From Octopus vulgaris (lineage: Eukaryota), in assembly GCA_951406725.2 (NCBI GenBank), contig OX597817.1, forward strand, positions 28,582,001 to 28,646,000: a stretch of DNA of 64,000 nt. The letters run 5' to 3'. A program made the position numbers and the translations under genes. Position 1 is the first letter of the stretch. The number at the start of each line of letters is the position of its first letter. Positions 25,404 through 38,945 of the stretch are shown piece after piece. The notes beneath the pieces were generated by a model, which saw nothing but the letters and a program-made list of their open reading frames with translations, did not search any database and was not told the origin of the DNA.

Positions 25404-25435
25404 TATATATGTATATGCATATATATATATATATA
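25341..25435. repeat. (TG)/(TA)/(CA) microsatellite
   Basis: Direct reading. Confidence 0.95.
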
Positions 25436-27064
25436 AAAGAGATAAATAGACAGACACATAGAGTGAATGAGATATGCTGTCTCTTTTGCAATTTAAGTAT
25501 GACTGACATGTAAAGAAGAATTCCAATAAATTCAAGTCAGAAGAGATGTTCCTTTCCTTTACATATACTTTTATTATGCAGCTGATGCATATATAATAAC
25601 ATATGCATACATTGTCCACACAAAATGCATTCATACACAAAAATTTGCTTCTAACGTTTGCAATCCAAATTTACTGTAAGCTACATCAGTAAACTCACTT
25701 ATACTCTGTCAGTCAGTTGTCTAACCACTTTATCTTCTTTTCTCTTTCAACTGAATTATTTACATCACTATTCTATTAAGTATATTTTTATATTTCTTTT
25801 TCTTCCATTCTATCTATCTTTAATTCTTTTTTTCTTTGCTTATTTCTTTATTTTGTAATCCCCCCCCCCTTTATTTTCGTTTCCCTGTTTCTTGCTTTCA
25901 TTGTTTATCTTTTGTCGTTGAATTTTTACTGTTAGATTTTTTGGGGTTTATAAAGTCAACGCTTTCAAAGACTGCATGTCAAATGTTTATTTAAAAATGA
26001 AACGAAGAGCGAAAAATTAAAAAGCTAAGAGTAACAAAAAAAAAAAAAAACCTTCTACAATTGGAAATTGTGCTACTTCTTTATATCTCTTATCTGTTAC
26101 AAATATTAAAAAGTGAAAAATTTAAAAGTAATACTGGAAAGAAATGTTTCTGTGCTGCATAGAAAGCAAACTATAACCTGTCCTTCATGATAACCATTCT
26201 AAAATTTTATGAAGAAAGAATATTTAGCCAAGTATATGCTTCAATAAATATTTTTTTAGTACTACTATGTACCTGTAATGGCATATGAACTGAAAGAGAG
26301 AGACCAATAATGTCATTTCTATTAAAACCAATTCTTTCCCCAGATTTTTTTTTGTGTATCATATAATATCTAAACTTTTCCTTGATTGGCATATTGTCTT
26401 AGTTACTTTATCTGAAATGTGAATATATAAGACATTTAATTTTCATCCTAAAGGATAGAATTTGCCAGAAGGATGTAATGGTTTGTAAAATTATTCTTAT
26501 TTCTATAAATGGATAGTTTGGATAAGAAAAGGAAAGCAAAAATTGCTTAGAGCTTCTTTTTTCTTTCTTTTCTTTTTCTCTTTTCCTGTCTTTCTTTTCT
26601 TACCTTTTTCTCCAGTTCTTTCATCAGATATATCCCCACACATCCTCTTTTCTATATGTTTGTGTGTATAGATCTGTATTTACATTGATTTCTTTTAAAT
26701 GTACACAGATATAAACACTAACATGCCAGCTGTATCTGAGCTCAAATATGCTTATATATTGGTTTTGTGGAATTGGCATATGTACACACACAAATATTAA
26801 TAAATTGTATAATAATAGAATTTCTGGTAAGTATGCTCACAAAACACATAAAAAAAAAAAAAACTCTGTTTATATTGAAACACATGTCTATGCATTGATT
26901 CTTATACATCTATAAATGTATAGAATCATACTCCTTATAATATAGATAATTCAGTTATTTCTATACTGAACTCTCTCTTTAATTTTTAATTTCTTTTATT
27001 CTCAAGTAAATGTGCATGCTGATATGCACTTTTGCATTTTAAAATATGTGTCTATAAGAGTTTG

Positions 27065-27069
<5 letters not shown>

Positions 27070-27128
<59 letters not shown>
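27070..27128. repeat. (TC)n(TA)n microsatellite
   Basis: Direct reading. Confidence 0.95.
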
Positions 27129-28358
27129 ACACAAGAGTACGAATGGAGAAGATCACATCTTTAATGAGGGTGTGTACAATCAGTGCATTGTGTCATCATC
27201 CTTTTTTTTTTCTTTTCTATTATGCAATTTCTGTTAATTCAATTGCAATCCTGAGTACTGCTCTAATAATCTAGTTTGAAGAACACTGAATACTCTAGCA
27301 CCTGAGTAGAGCAATCAAGTAGATTAACCAAATTGGTCATTATACGAAGCACTAATTAAACTTGACACTTCTTGAACTTAAGTAACTTGATAACAACTGA
27401 TTTTATGCATAGATAGACATAGTCAATTTGCAATATAGCACACCTCAGATTTTTTTATGTAAGTAATTAATATCTATTCATATGCACATTCCTAAACTTT
27501 CTTTTGCATGTATACATAATTTATATTCATTTTACCATTCTTGCACCTACGTAGCCACAGATGCACTTTATCACACCGTTTTATCCATTTATGAATCATG
27601 ATAATCCTATGTAATTAAACTTAATTTTCTTAATTGTTTATTGGATGAGTTCAATCCTTTTCGAGTGTAGCACTTACTGGTCGAAAGTAATTTTTCCTGT
27701 GACATCTGTTATTTATACTCCACAAGTAGGTAAGCCTAAGTATATGAAGAAAGAAATATGCTGCCAGCTTAAACTCTTTAATATAAATGAACATGCAACT
27801 CATGAAATGTTACTACAATGTGTTCCCTACAGTTTGATGACGGCTTTTAATGAATCAACATAAAAGTATGAATAATTCTTGATGACTTTGTGGATAAAGT
27901 ATCTAAAAGAAATGCCTCTGATGAAACAATAAAACCCATTGCTACTATCAGATAATTTCAGCATTATACAAATGATGAAAGCAGTTTATATACAATCATT
28001 TGCTTAATCAGTTTGATTCTCTGTTTCTCTTGTGTCATACTGTAATTTCTTGTAGAAAAATTTGGTGAAAGCAACATAATTTGGCATCAGCAAAGCTTTC
28101 AACTATTTTTAGCATGAGAAACCTCTTGTTGAGTTGTTTGCCTATGGTCACCATTCACAATTCATTTCATATTCTCAAACTTTCTGTCAGCTAGTAGCTT
28201 GTACCAAAGGACATCCCCAGTCAGTCAAGAATGGTATACTTCTCACATATAAAACAAAAAAAAAACTTCATCATAGAGACAGTAAAAATCTTTGCTGATG
28301 TCAAGTGTGAAATATTACATTTGCCCAATAAAATAAACTAGAAGAAACTACTGGTGTA

Positions 28359-29252
28359 CAAAGTGGTAGCAAAAAGTTCCTGGACTACTTCTGTAGCATA
28401 CCAACAAATGACAGCATACAGTTGTATGTTCAGTGAGAGCTAGCAGTGACCTTTATAAGGCAGTGTGCCAAGATACGTTGCAAAGTTTACTTCGCAAGTT
28501 GTGAAATTTGTGTTTTTGTGATCTCATGTATGCGGTAGTCTGTGATTTTTGTCATGACAGGAAGTTGTAACAAAAAGCTATTGCAAAATTTTGTGTTAAA
28601 CTTGGGAAGTCTGCTACAGAGACATTGAACATGCCTAGGCAAGCTTACAGTTTTGTGGCTATGGGTTTACACAATGCTTTGAGAGGCACATGCCCTTCAA
28701 AAAGGGGAAAAACATCCCTGGAAGATGATGAGCGACCTGGAAGACCTGTCATGAGTGTCAACCCTGGAAATGTGAAGAAAATGCATCAGCTTGTGCATGA
28801 GGATTGCCGGAGGACAATCAATGACATTTTGAAGTGCTTGAAGGAGAACATCTGGTGAAAGCAAACAGATCTGTAGAGTGCAAAGAATTGGATTCATCTC
28901 AATGACAATGCATCCTGTCACTGAGCTCTCCTCACTAATGAGTTTCTCACCTAAAACAACGTGGTATGACATCTGCATCCGCCCTATCTGCCAAATTTAG
29001 CACCTGCAGACTTTCATCTCTACCCAAGATGAAAATGCAGCTCAAAAGTTGCCGTTTTAACACTGTTGTCAAGATCAAGAGTAATATTGCAGAAGGTCCT
29101 CGACTCACTTACAGAAAGCGATTTCCAGGCCATATTCCAAGAGTGCCTGTACTGCTGGGTGACTGTTTTGAAAGAGATGATGTTAAAACTTACACAAATA
29201 AGTTATTTTTTAATAAACATAACTAGTTCGGGAACTTTTCGATATCATTTTG
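28359..29252 (+). mobile_element. Mariner (Tc1/mariner) transposon, internally deleted transposase pseudogene
   Basis: TA flanks and imperfect TIRs (CAAAGTGGTAGCAAAAAGTTCCTGGACTA versus reverse-complement CAAAATGATATCGAAAAGTTCCCGAACTA). Peptides KFCVKLGKSATETL, SLEDDERPGRP, LNDNASCH and HPPYLPNLAPADF match mariner HTH, HDNA..H and YSPDLAP motifs, with stops and frameshifts. Confidence 0.92.
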
Positions 29253-29589
29253 TATAACATGGAATAGTGTTGCTATTATAGACCCAAACATCCCAGACCA
29301 CATCTCAAAATGGTTATGTAACTAATTAGGAAAGATTCACTCATGAATGTGCTCCCAGACATTAACTAATGGATAGAATATTTCATCATTCTTCATCCTC
29401 CTTTATTACAACAATAGTAGTTGCTTCTTTGAACTTGTTGCTAGTTAGGTGTCCATTCATTATACCCAAATTATATTCCTGTTAACAAATTACAGATCTC
29501 AAACTTAGCATTTTATCAATTATTGATTCCACAAAACCACAGTGTTCTGAAATTCTTTCACTTCCAATCCAAATTATCAGCACAAATAC

Positions 29590-29690
29590 AGGCATGGCAC
29601 CTTGGGCAAATGTTTTCAACTATAGCCTCAGGCCAACCAAAGCCTTGTGAGTGGATCTGGTAGAGCAAATCTAAAAAAAGCCCGTTGTGT
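29590..29690 (+). mobile_element. SINE fragment
   Basis: ggcaccttgggcaaatg...aaccaaagccttgtgagtggat is shared with the 23312 SINE. Confidence 0.65.
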
Positions 29691-29702
29691 GTGTGTGTGT
29701 GT

Positions 29703-30035
29703 CATCATCATCGTTTAAAGTCTGCTTTCTATGATAGCATGTGTTGGACGATTTGACTGAGGCCTGGCAAACCAGATGGCTGCACCAGGCTCCAATCTGA
29801 TCTGGCAGAGTTTCTATAGCTAGATGCCTTTCCTAACACCAACCACTTCGAGAGTGAAGTGGGTGCTTTTACATGTCACCGGCACGAGGGCCAGTCAGGC
29901 AGTACTGGCAATGGCCATACTCAAATGGTGTGTTTTATGTGCCACCTGCACAGGAGCCAGTCCTGTGGCACTGGCAACTATCTCTCTCGAATGTTTTTTC
30001 ATGTGCCACCAGCACAAGTGCCAGTAAGGCGATGC
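29703..30035 (-). mobile_element. RTE LINE 3' UTR with tandem subrepeats
   Basis: (CAT)n tail. Three subunits with a gtgccacc(t/a)gcac-type hairpin. Homologous to 47713 and 49327. Confidence 0.75.
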
Positions 30036-30101
30036 TATATTTGTGTGTGTGTGTTTTTGTGTGTGTGTGTATATATATATATATGTATATGATGATGATG
30101 A

Positions 30102-30155
<54 letters not shown>

Positions 30156-30204
30156 AGGAAAATGTGTTGCTGAAAATGCACCTAAATTTCACAAACTCGT
30201 AAAT

Positions 30205-30655
30205 GTTTACAATACATCTATTTACATATATATACCAAACTAGTTTCAACAATATTTTTTGTTTATCAGTAGTAAAAGTTTAGAATTAGAAAAAACATCT
30301 TTAATGTTTCAATGTTGAGAAATTAAAATGTTTCAATGTTGATAAGTTAAGATGTTCAAAACAGAAGGTGTAAGTTTGAATATTCATAGCAGTCAAAATT
30401 AAAACTGTATATCAATTTGTTATATATATATATATAACAAATTGATAGACAGTTTTAATTTTATTGACTGCTATGAACATTCAAACTTACACCTTCTGTT
30501 TTGAACATGTTAATTTATCACCATTGAAACATTTTAATTTGTCAACATTGAAACATTTAAAGATGTTTTTTTCTAATTCTACACTTTTACCATTGATGAA
30601 CAAAAAATATTATTGAAACTAATTTGGTATATATGTAAATAAATGTATTTTAAAC
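30205..30655. repeat. About 450-bp spacerless palindrome centred on (TA)n
   Basis: Arms are reverse complements across the (TA)n at about 30421-30436, for example aaaacagaaggtgtaagtttgaat / attcaaacttacaccttctgtttt. Confidence 0.92.
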
Positions 30656-30751
30656 TTTTATGTATATCTATGTATATGTATATATGTATGTGTATGTATA
30701 TGTATGTGTGTGTGTGTATATATATATATATAGATAGATAGATATAAATAT

Positions 30752-30995
30752 AATTTAGGGTTAGCAAAAAGTTGCTTCACCACCTACCGAAAATTTAGAA
30801 ATAGCAATCAAGACCGATTAATTCGTTTAACTACAAATATAACTCCACAGACAGCAATACTTGTAACTCACATAGGCAAACAAGAAGAAAAAATAACGAA
30901 AATAACCAGTCATTTGATTAATCATGTATGCGTTTCGGGATTAGAATTGTAAAATTTACTTCTGCTCATCAGCATGATATTTCAATATTATAAAT
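30752..30995 (-). mobile_element. Penelope-like pLTR fragment adjoining (TA)n
   Basis: Begins at a TA microsatellite and carries a hammerhead motif. Confidence 0.6.
30921..30978 (-). ncRNA. Type I hammerhead ribozyme motif
   Basis: Minus strand: ATCATG-CTGATGA-G cagaagtaaattttacaattctaatcc C-GAAA-C GC ATA-CATGAT. Perfect 6-bp stem I, canonical CUGAUGA and GAAA. Confidence 0.72.
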
Positions 30996-31059
30996 TTGAA
31001 AGTGGATGTTAAATGATGATGGTGACATACATATGTAGAGAAAGGTTATGTACTATCAT

Positions 31060-31975
31060 CATCATCCATGAGTTTAAATCCGGGTTTTGTCCCTGTTAAT
31101 GGGGGTGGCCAGATCTACTTCAAAACCATAGCAACCTTCCTCACACTATCTCAACATCTTGCCTGGTTTTGGATGTCCTCCTCTTTTCAAACCAGCCCTC
31201 CCAATTTTCTCCTCCATCTGTCCCCACCACCTTTTCCTTGGTCTACCTCATCTTTTGCATGCCATTTACCTTAAAGGCAATCACCCTCCTCAGAACATGC
31301 CCTTCATCCCTCCTCAACACATGCCCATACCACCTCACTTCATTTGCCCTTGCCAACCATTCCTCCAACTCCAGCATTTCCATCAAATCCTCATTCCTTC
31401 TCTTATCAAACAGCTTCACCCCACACATTTCTCTCACCATTGCTCTCTCAGTCCTTCTCAAAATTGCCATCTCTCTCTCCCCCATCAGACACAATGTCTC
31501 TCTCTCTCTCTCCCATACAGCATTGCGGCTCTCACACGACTCTTATAGACCCCACTTCTTTCATCTTTAATGGGAACCTTTTCCCATATAACAACACTCT
31601 ACATTTCCTGAACTTCACCCAGCCAAGTCTCGCTCCTGCCGTCACAGCTGCTTCACATCTACCACTTACATTCCCCCTGTCTCCTAAATAACAAAACTCT
31701 CTCACCATTTCCACTTCGTCACATAGCATTTCTACTGGTTCCGCCAGCCCTCCAGCTTCTTTCTCACACCTTCCACAAACAAACTCTCTCGCCATTCTTG
31801 GGGTCACCTACTTCATTTTTATACATCTACCATGAATCCATTTCTTACATCTCGTACACAACACCGCATTTTCCTTTACCCTCCTCCCACATACACCACA
31901 TGAATCCACCTTACTCACTAACACGTCTCTTTCCACCCTGCTCACCATCGCCTTTGTCTTCCCAAACTTAGCGGG
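31060..31975 (-). mobile_element. RTE-clade LINE, 3' ORF portion (pseudogenised)
   Basis: VREFCYLGD...EAAVTAGARLGWVKFRKC...LYGKRFPLKMK, then LRRTERAMVREMCGVKL...VRWYGHVLRRDEGHVLRR. (ATG)n tail at about 31055-31066. Confidence 0.9.
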
Positions 31976-32049
31976 GACCCTTGGAGTTTAACTAAAGTAT
32001 TGAATGTGGAGACTATGTGAAGAGTGGCCAGAGAAGAAGCAATTATGAT

Positions 32050-32277
32050 CTGGACATTGTTGTAGAGCTGAAAAAGAGGTAATTTCTACTCTTCTCCTCT
32101 GGAAGCCATCTACTCACGATACCAGAGGGTGCACACTCTCCTACCCTGATGTAATCTCCAGGGATACAGGCATCCAGCAACAGGACCTCCGTAATGCCAT
32201 GTTGGACCGTGAAGTATGGCGTAGCATGGTAAATTCCATTGTCTCGACCACGGTCGAACAATGATGATGATGATGAT
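32050..32277 (+). mobile_element. 5'-truncated RTE/RTEX-like LINE 3' end
   Basis: GHCCRAEKEVISTLLLWKPS...RGCTLSYPDVISRDTG...AMLDREVWRSMVNSIVSTTVEQ* followed by (TGA)n. Probable TSD ATGATCTG at 32045-32052 and 32273-32280. Sister copy at 58761. Confidence 0.85.
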
Positions 32278-32280
32278 CTG

Positions 32281-32790
32281 TTAGAAATGTAATGTTCACC
32301 TGCATGAAGTAAAAACATAGCAGAAGAGAGAGAAGGGATTTCTTAAAGTATACAGAACTATCAAGAAAAGTATTTAGTGCAACACTGTTGAGGACAGACA
32401 CAGTAGCACTAAAGTGTCAGGATTATTGATAGGCGTTTTGGATAGACTTGGGTGAATATGGAACATTGTTGTTTTCTGATTTTTGCTCAGAAAAGAGCAG
32501 AAACTGTTCTAGACATGATATATTGAAACAGAGAGAGGAAATATATGTCTGTTGTTGATTCTTTGTCAACAAACTTTCCAGATGATATTTTCATTTTCAA
32601 ATGTCTATAGGATCCTTGTGTGTATATTGCAGTTCCATATATTGGGGTATTACTCTGATATAAATAACATTACTCTCTCTCTAGAAACTCAGAAACGTTG
32701 AATAGAATTTTGGCAGTTTTATAGATATGCTATTATGAAAGAACATTAAATATTTTGGAGAACTGGCATTTGTTGTGATTTTAAGGAATT
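32281..32790 (-). mobile_element. Old LINE relic, host of the 32050 insertion
   Basis: Composition and degenerate peptide (IRVIPQYMELQY) resemble LINE C-terminal regions. Weak. Confidence 0.3.
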
Positions 32791-34638
32791 TATTGCCTTA
32801 TTTTTTGAATAGAATGGATATAGTGTAATGAGATTATTTCTTTTACGATATATATATATATATATATATACATACATACATATACACACACACAAAACAC
32901 TTGTTCATTTTTATATTCATAAAATCATTATAACTGTTCAGCTGTTTATACATATATATACACAGATAATAGCATACATGTGAATCTGTTAACTTTGTAT
33001 GTTTATACACAACTTGATTTCAACCACTTGCAGTTACACAGGTTTTTCTCTTTTATTGACAACACATATTTGCATTTAATTGAATACATATAGGTTTCAT
33101 CTGGCTTCTGCACATTCGCTCATAGCAGATATAACCAGAATTGCATTCGCTATAGTAGTATCTGTAGAAAAATATAGGAATCAATACTGAAACCAACACT
33201 CCTTCGGAACTAACTGCACGCTCTCATATTAATAGGTGAATTTGGTGTAAATTTCACCTTTTACCTTTCTCTCATCACTAGAGTTGTTTCCTGCAGTATT
33301 TTGTGATCAGCAGGTTTCTGAAGTTTCTCACATTACTTTCAAAACGATGCACAATTTGAAAGGTAGACATGCATATTGAGAGATGTAAAGCTCTCAGCCT
33401 CCGAAGCTTTCTATTATTACTTCTTTGCTTTCCTTCAATTTGTTGATCTTTTTTTGTCACTGTCTCCATTTCGTTATCTATCAGTTTCTCTTTCTCATTT
33501 CTTTCCTTTCTTTTCCTTTCTGTAGTTCCATTCTGTTACAGCTAGTTTTTCCTTGCTTTGCCCCACATCAATTCCTTATATCACTCTTATTAATTTGCAT
33601 TCTTTCTGTTTTGCTTTCACTATGTATTATTGTATCTCATACATGCATAGTATCTCTTTTCCCGGTCCATTTCTCTATCTCTCTCTTCTATTTTAGTCAA
33701 TCTGTTTCTCTCCTTATATCTCTTACTACAACTATGTATTATTTTAAACTATATCACTTGATTTTGGTCTTTTTCATTCTCTTTCTACTATTTCTTTCTG
33801 ATACACTACCATGGATCTATTTTTATAAAAAGATCTCTTTGATCATATAATATTGGTTGTTCAATCTTCAAAAACCCAGAATTTAGATAATTATCCTTGC
33901 AATTTATGTCAGATGTATTCTCTATTTTTCCTTCATCGCATTGTACAAATAGATATGTGTGTATTCTTTGTCTTGTTTTCTGTGAATAATAATTTAGTTC
34001 AAGTCGGGAATTTAATGCTTAACACTAGAAATTGGTATTGTTTTCAGTCAGACTAATTCTTAATTCCAAGTTATGATAAGTTTTTGAAACCATGTATTTT
34101 CTTAAGTTGGTTTGCTTGTAATTACTTCTGATATCTCGTGACGCACACACACACATCTTTACAATGCCATATTTTTATAAAGTAATAGTAGTATTGTGAA
34201 CATTTGTTACAATTATGCTGTCAGAACTATCTCTTATCGTACTTTAAAGAATGAACTAGTGGGTAATTGCATTAATTGTGCACTTATTACAAAGGGGCAA
34301 TTTGCAAGTGTATTTGAATCCGTTGTCAAGCATATCATGTCTCTTTGTTTAGAAGGTATTATTTTTTGCATATGTGATATTTTTGTTGGGCAAATATTGT
34401 ATTTCATCTTTCTAGGACATTGTGCAATGAGGGTATTTTTCAGACATATGGTATTTATGTAATAATGATGTCATTGTTAGTGAGGTTTTGTTTGCTTATC
34501 CAAAACCACTGTTATACATACCATTGCTTGCTTCTTCTTTTGTGTTTGGGTAATTGTTTCTACAGCTGGATTCTTCACCTCACTGTCACTAACCACCTGC
34601 CTATGACATAATGACATCTGTTTTTGTTATTGTTATTA

Positions 34639-35005
34639 TTACCTCCACCTTAGCGATGGCATAGGTATTATTTTCAGTTGTGTTTGTTTTTTGTCCATGG
34701 ACAAGTTATCTCAAGAACCACTGGACAGATTCAGATGATATTTTGAGGGATGTTTGGCCTCATGACTGGTATGAACTGATTAAATTTTGGGATTGATCTG
34801 GTACTAGACGAGGTTTCTGGATTATTTTTCCAGTTTTTTTTACTCAAGTTTTGAGAGTGGTTGGGATCATTTTTAGTATTCTCATTTGTGAGAGCCATCG
34901 AGTTTATTTCAGATGTTCTCATTTTAAAAATCCTCTTTGGCTAATTGTTGAGAGGATGTTGGTGTTGCCTTGGCAGAGGTTTGCACTCCCTGAGTATTCT
35001 TGTTT
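34639..35005 (+). mobile_element. Helentron/DINE-like non-autonomous element (HINE-like)
   Basis: 5' ttacctccacc with inverted 3' subterminal ggcagaggt, a 3' stem-loop gcactc-cct-gagtat, and TT flanks. Confidence 0.55.
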
Positions 35006-35591
35006 CATTTCATTTATTAATTTTTTAAGTCAGGCAAAATAAAGCAATCAGTATGATCAGCTTTGCTCAAGGATATAACGTTTTTGTAATGACAAATAAT
35101 CTTTTGTTATATTCTTTTATTAAGTTATTGTTGGATGGCTCCGCTACAATTTATATGGCATCATTTCAAGACAATTGAACATTTGTTGATCTATATAAAT
35201 ATAGTATCATAATAGACTTGGTAAATAGAGCCGGTAAAAGTCTTAAATGCATTGATATTATTGCACATTTTCTGTTATCACTTAGACTGATGATTACTAC
35301 TTATAATAGCTATGTAGAATAGTTACTTGATGTTATTGAAAAATATGTCTTTTTATGGAATTACTAACTTGTTTAGTCTTTAATCTTGAATATATCTGTT
35401 TTATGTATTGTGTTGTTGGGTTTTAGCCCTGAACCTTGATTAAACAAACATGATTAAAGGCATTCTAGCTGTAACCATTTTCTCTGTCCTTTCTTGTTTA
35501 AGACAGGAAGATATGATTTGAGGGAGATTTGGCAGTTATTTCTAGAAAGATAGTTTACTGTGGAGAACTGTCTTGTACATTATTTGTATAT

Positions 35592-35819
35592 TTAACCCTT
35601 TAGTATTCTTATTTCTCTGTCAAGTTTAATGCTTATTTATTCATATTGTTTTTAATTAATAATGCATTATCTTGAAGCTTCATTATTTTGATGAGATGAA
35701 TGTTCATATTTAGAATGACATTGTAGGTTATGTGTGAAAGGCTGTTTCTGGTCGATTTGAAGCTAAAACAAGTAGAGTTTAAATGTGAAAGGGTTAAATT
35801 CTATTTGCTAAAGGGTTAA
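35592..35819. mobile_element. TTAA-flanked piggyBac-type MITE
   Basis: TTAA-CCCTTTAG ... CTAAAGGG-TTAA, with a duplicated right terminus at about 35788-35797. Confidence 0.7.
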
Positions 35820-38719
35820 ATTTGTGTAACTTACATATGATTATGTGCTTTTCAAATATCTGTTTATAACAGAAGCTTATATTAACTATGTCAGTTTTTG
35901 AGATTAGTATGTTTTTCTGAAATTAACCTCTTTCGGTATGACTATGTTAACTATTGTAGATATGTACTTTTTGTAGTCATATATACTTTGTCAATATGAC
36001 ATTTTTGTTTTTGGATCTCTATAGGATATGTATTGTAAGTGTATCTAGTCCATCATTACTTGAATACATAGGTCTCTCATTGTGAATCTGATAATTTAGC
36101 TTTATATATTGCAGATGGTTTTCTTGTAGTAGTCATTGAACTATTTCCAATGAATTGTATGCTTGATTAATCAGCATTAAATTTCAATTTGTTCTTGGCA
36201 TATATATTTTGATTGGACTTAATACTGAGATTGTTAGCTAACATAGGCTAGATTTGAGCAGATCTAGCTATGAGTGCTTGGCACTACACCAAATTGTTGA
36301 TTGGCTTAGTTTCAAAAATGTGACCACATCTCACTTACGTATTAGAATTTGTTCAAAGTAGCAGTTTCTAAATACTCTAAAAATAATAATAAAAGTTACC
36401 TCTTGCAATAAGCATAGAAATTTCAAAAATTTATAGTAATTTCTAAATTGTATTTTTGAATTATACAAATTTATATTATCATAATATACTACAAAATTAA
36501 GATAAAGTTAAGATGAATGATGTTAACTTTTGATTATTTTCTGAAAGCTTTGTCTTTGTAATTCTTGATTAATTATTTGGTGCATGCGAATAAATTAGAT
36601 GTACACAACTATGATCTTGTGTTTATTTTGCTGCTGTAAGCATTTGCTGAATCTTATTATTATTTCCAAGTTTGCAATCATTGATATTGATGCTATTATT
36701 ATAGTGAAATAACATGGTTCTGATGGAAATGCTTTTAGTAATTTTTCAGAAACGATTTTGGGATTTATAACTTGTAGAGACAGAGTTACAATTTTAACCT
36801 AAGTGGATCTCATTTAGATTTAGTGTGATAGAAATATGCGTGTATACTCCTTCACACAGATTGTTTACATGTTGGTTATATCCATTATACATGCTTTACT
36901 GGTATCAGTTTAGCATTTAACATTGTAATCCCTAAGGAGGATACAGCAACTGAAGATTTTGAACTAGTTGTCTCCAATGGGGTTTAGAATTTGTTCTAGA
37001 CTCAGTAGTTGTAGTGTGTTGCAATATATATTATTAATTAAATGCTTGATATTAAGCTTTGATCAAGGATATTTTGTTTAACAGTCCTATTATTTCTGTT
37101 GTTGTATATTGTGAAATATTACTGTAAAAATATTTGTACATTACTAAATTCCAAAGTAGATTGTAGTAGATACATTAATGTCATATATTATTTAGAGGCA
37201 ATTTGAGAGTTGATTATTTACATAGGTTCTTGGTTATCTTAAAATTATTGATATTTTTTGTTTATTTTATCCTTAATATATTGTGTTCTTCAGTAAAGTG
37301 AATATCATATTTTCTTTTTTTTTCCTTTTAGTTACAAAATCAGTTTTCTCTTCAATGTCTTTGTAATATACCCAAAACATCAGACATTATGCCTACATGG
37401 ATGCATACAAGCATGCAATAAAAACACACACATCATGTAGTTTGCAACTTCAGTGCTTGCATTCAGAGCTACATATTATTTTGAGAGCTTTGAACAACTA
37501 TTTCCTTTAATATAAGGTCTTGAAGTTATTTAACATTTTGTGAGTTCTTTTATCTAGTGTGTAAAATCCTTTTCTTTTTCTACTAACCTGTGCATTAACC
37601 AAAACCAATTTTAAGATACAGGTACTTATTGTTGGATTTAGTGCACTGAAATATCTTACTTGTCACTATCTTAATACTATCAGTATTAAGATCTACAAAT
37701 AGGTTTTGTTTTTTAGTCTTAAGTGCTAGATGACAGAAATAGTAGAGTACAAACTATGTACTTTGCAATATTTGGTTGTATTCCTCTTCATACCGAATAC
37801 AGATCCTGCCATGGTTGACTTTTCCTTCTTTTTGAGGTTGATAAAATATCAAATCACTAAGTTGACAATAGTCTTCTATAAAAAAAAATATCTGATCTTG
37901 TACCAAAATTAGAAGTCATTATATAACCTACATTCATTAGTAACTTTAAGTATTAAGTTGATTTGTCAACAATTGATTTAGTTATTAAATATGATATCAA
38001 TATATTATCAATAAACTTTAAATTTTTCTGATTATGGAAAGTGTATTTTTCTCAGTAAGAGTCATATAGAGTTTTTGAAAATTACATAATTGATTTGAAC
38101 ATCTGGTTATTTTTTTTTTATGTAAAGGAATGGAACTTCTATTGTGCAGCATTTTAAACATCTTGCAATGCTTCAAGCAGTGTAGAAAAGAATCCCAATA
38201 CAAATATATCCACTATATTGAAGTTTAGTTAAATAGTTTTCTGTACAATTTATCTTAGAATAAATCTGTATTTGAAGAAAATAAAGTGTCAGAGTTCCAT
38301 TAATATGTAATATGTCTGAAAGTTCTTGTATAAATTTAATCATATTTTGGGGGCATATAGTTTCTATCATATCTAATAGTCTATTTGTGTTGTATGAAAG
38401 CATGTTATTTTGAGAAATTACAGAATATTACTGATAATACACTGAAAAAACTAAGTTTCAGTTAAGTTTTGCTTTTTATGTTATTGAAGTATTTATGTTT
38501 TAAGAAGTGTAATTATGATAGTGGTGGCACTATTCCAGCATGCTGTTGCACCGTACCCTCACCCACCTATGTCAAATATGTATCCATGATTCTCCTCCAC
38601 AACAAACTTGTCCCTTCTCTTCCCATATATAACCCTCTCAGCACCCGACATAAAGCACCCACTTCAGTATTCTCTCTCTCAAGGAGGCTGTTTAGTTACA
38701 AGGCAACCTTGCTTGTAAA

Positions 38720-38945
38720 GGTACTATGAACAAAGTAGCTACTATACTTTGTAAAATATCTGGTATTTAGAAGGATAAACTCATTTGTAGTGGTGCCATG
38801 AACAAAGTACCTACTACACTCTGTAAAGTGTCTGGTATTTAGAAGGATATCCTGGTATAGAAACTATGCGAAAGCAGACACAAGAGAGAAGGGGTCTTCT
38901 GATCTATGTCAAAATGTAAAGCAGCTGCAAAGATGACGATAATAA
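38720..38945 (+). mobile_element. Degenerate RTE-tail fragment with about 70-bp tandem duplication
   Basis: atgaacaaagtaSctactaYactYtgtaaa...tctggtatttagaaggata occurs twice. Confidence 0.5.

Noticed and set aside
32043-32318. Apparent paralogous gene pair (ORFs at 32043 and 58881)
   Set aside because: Antisense frames of two copies of the same LINE 3' end.
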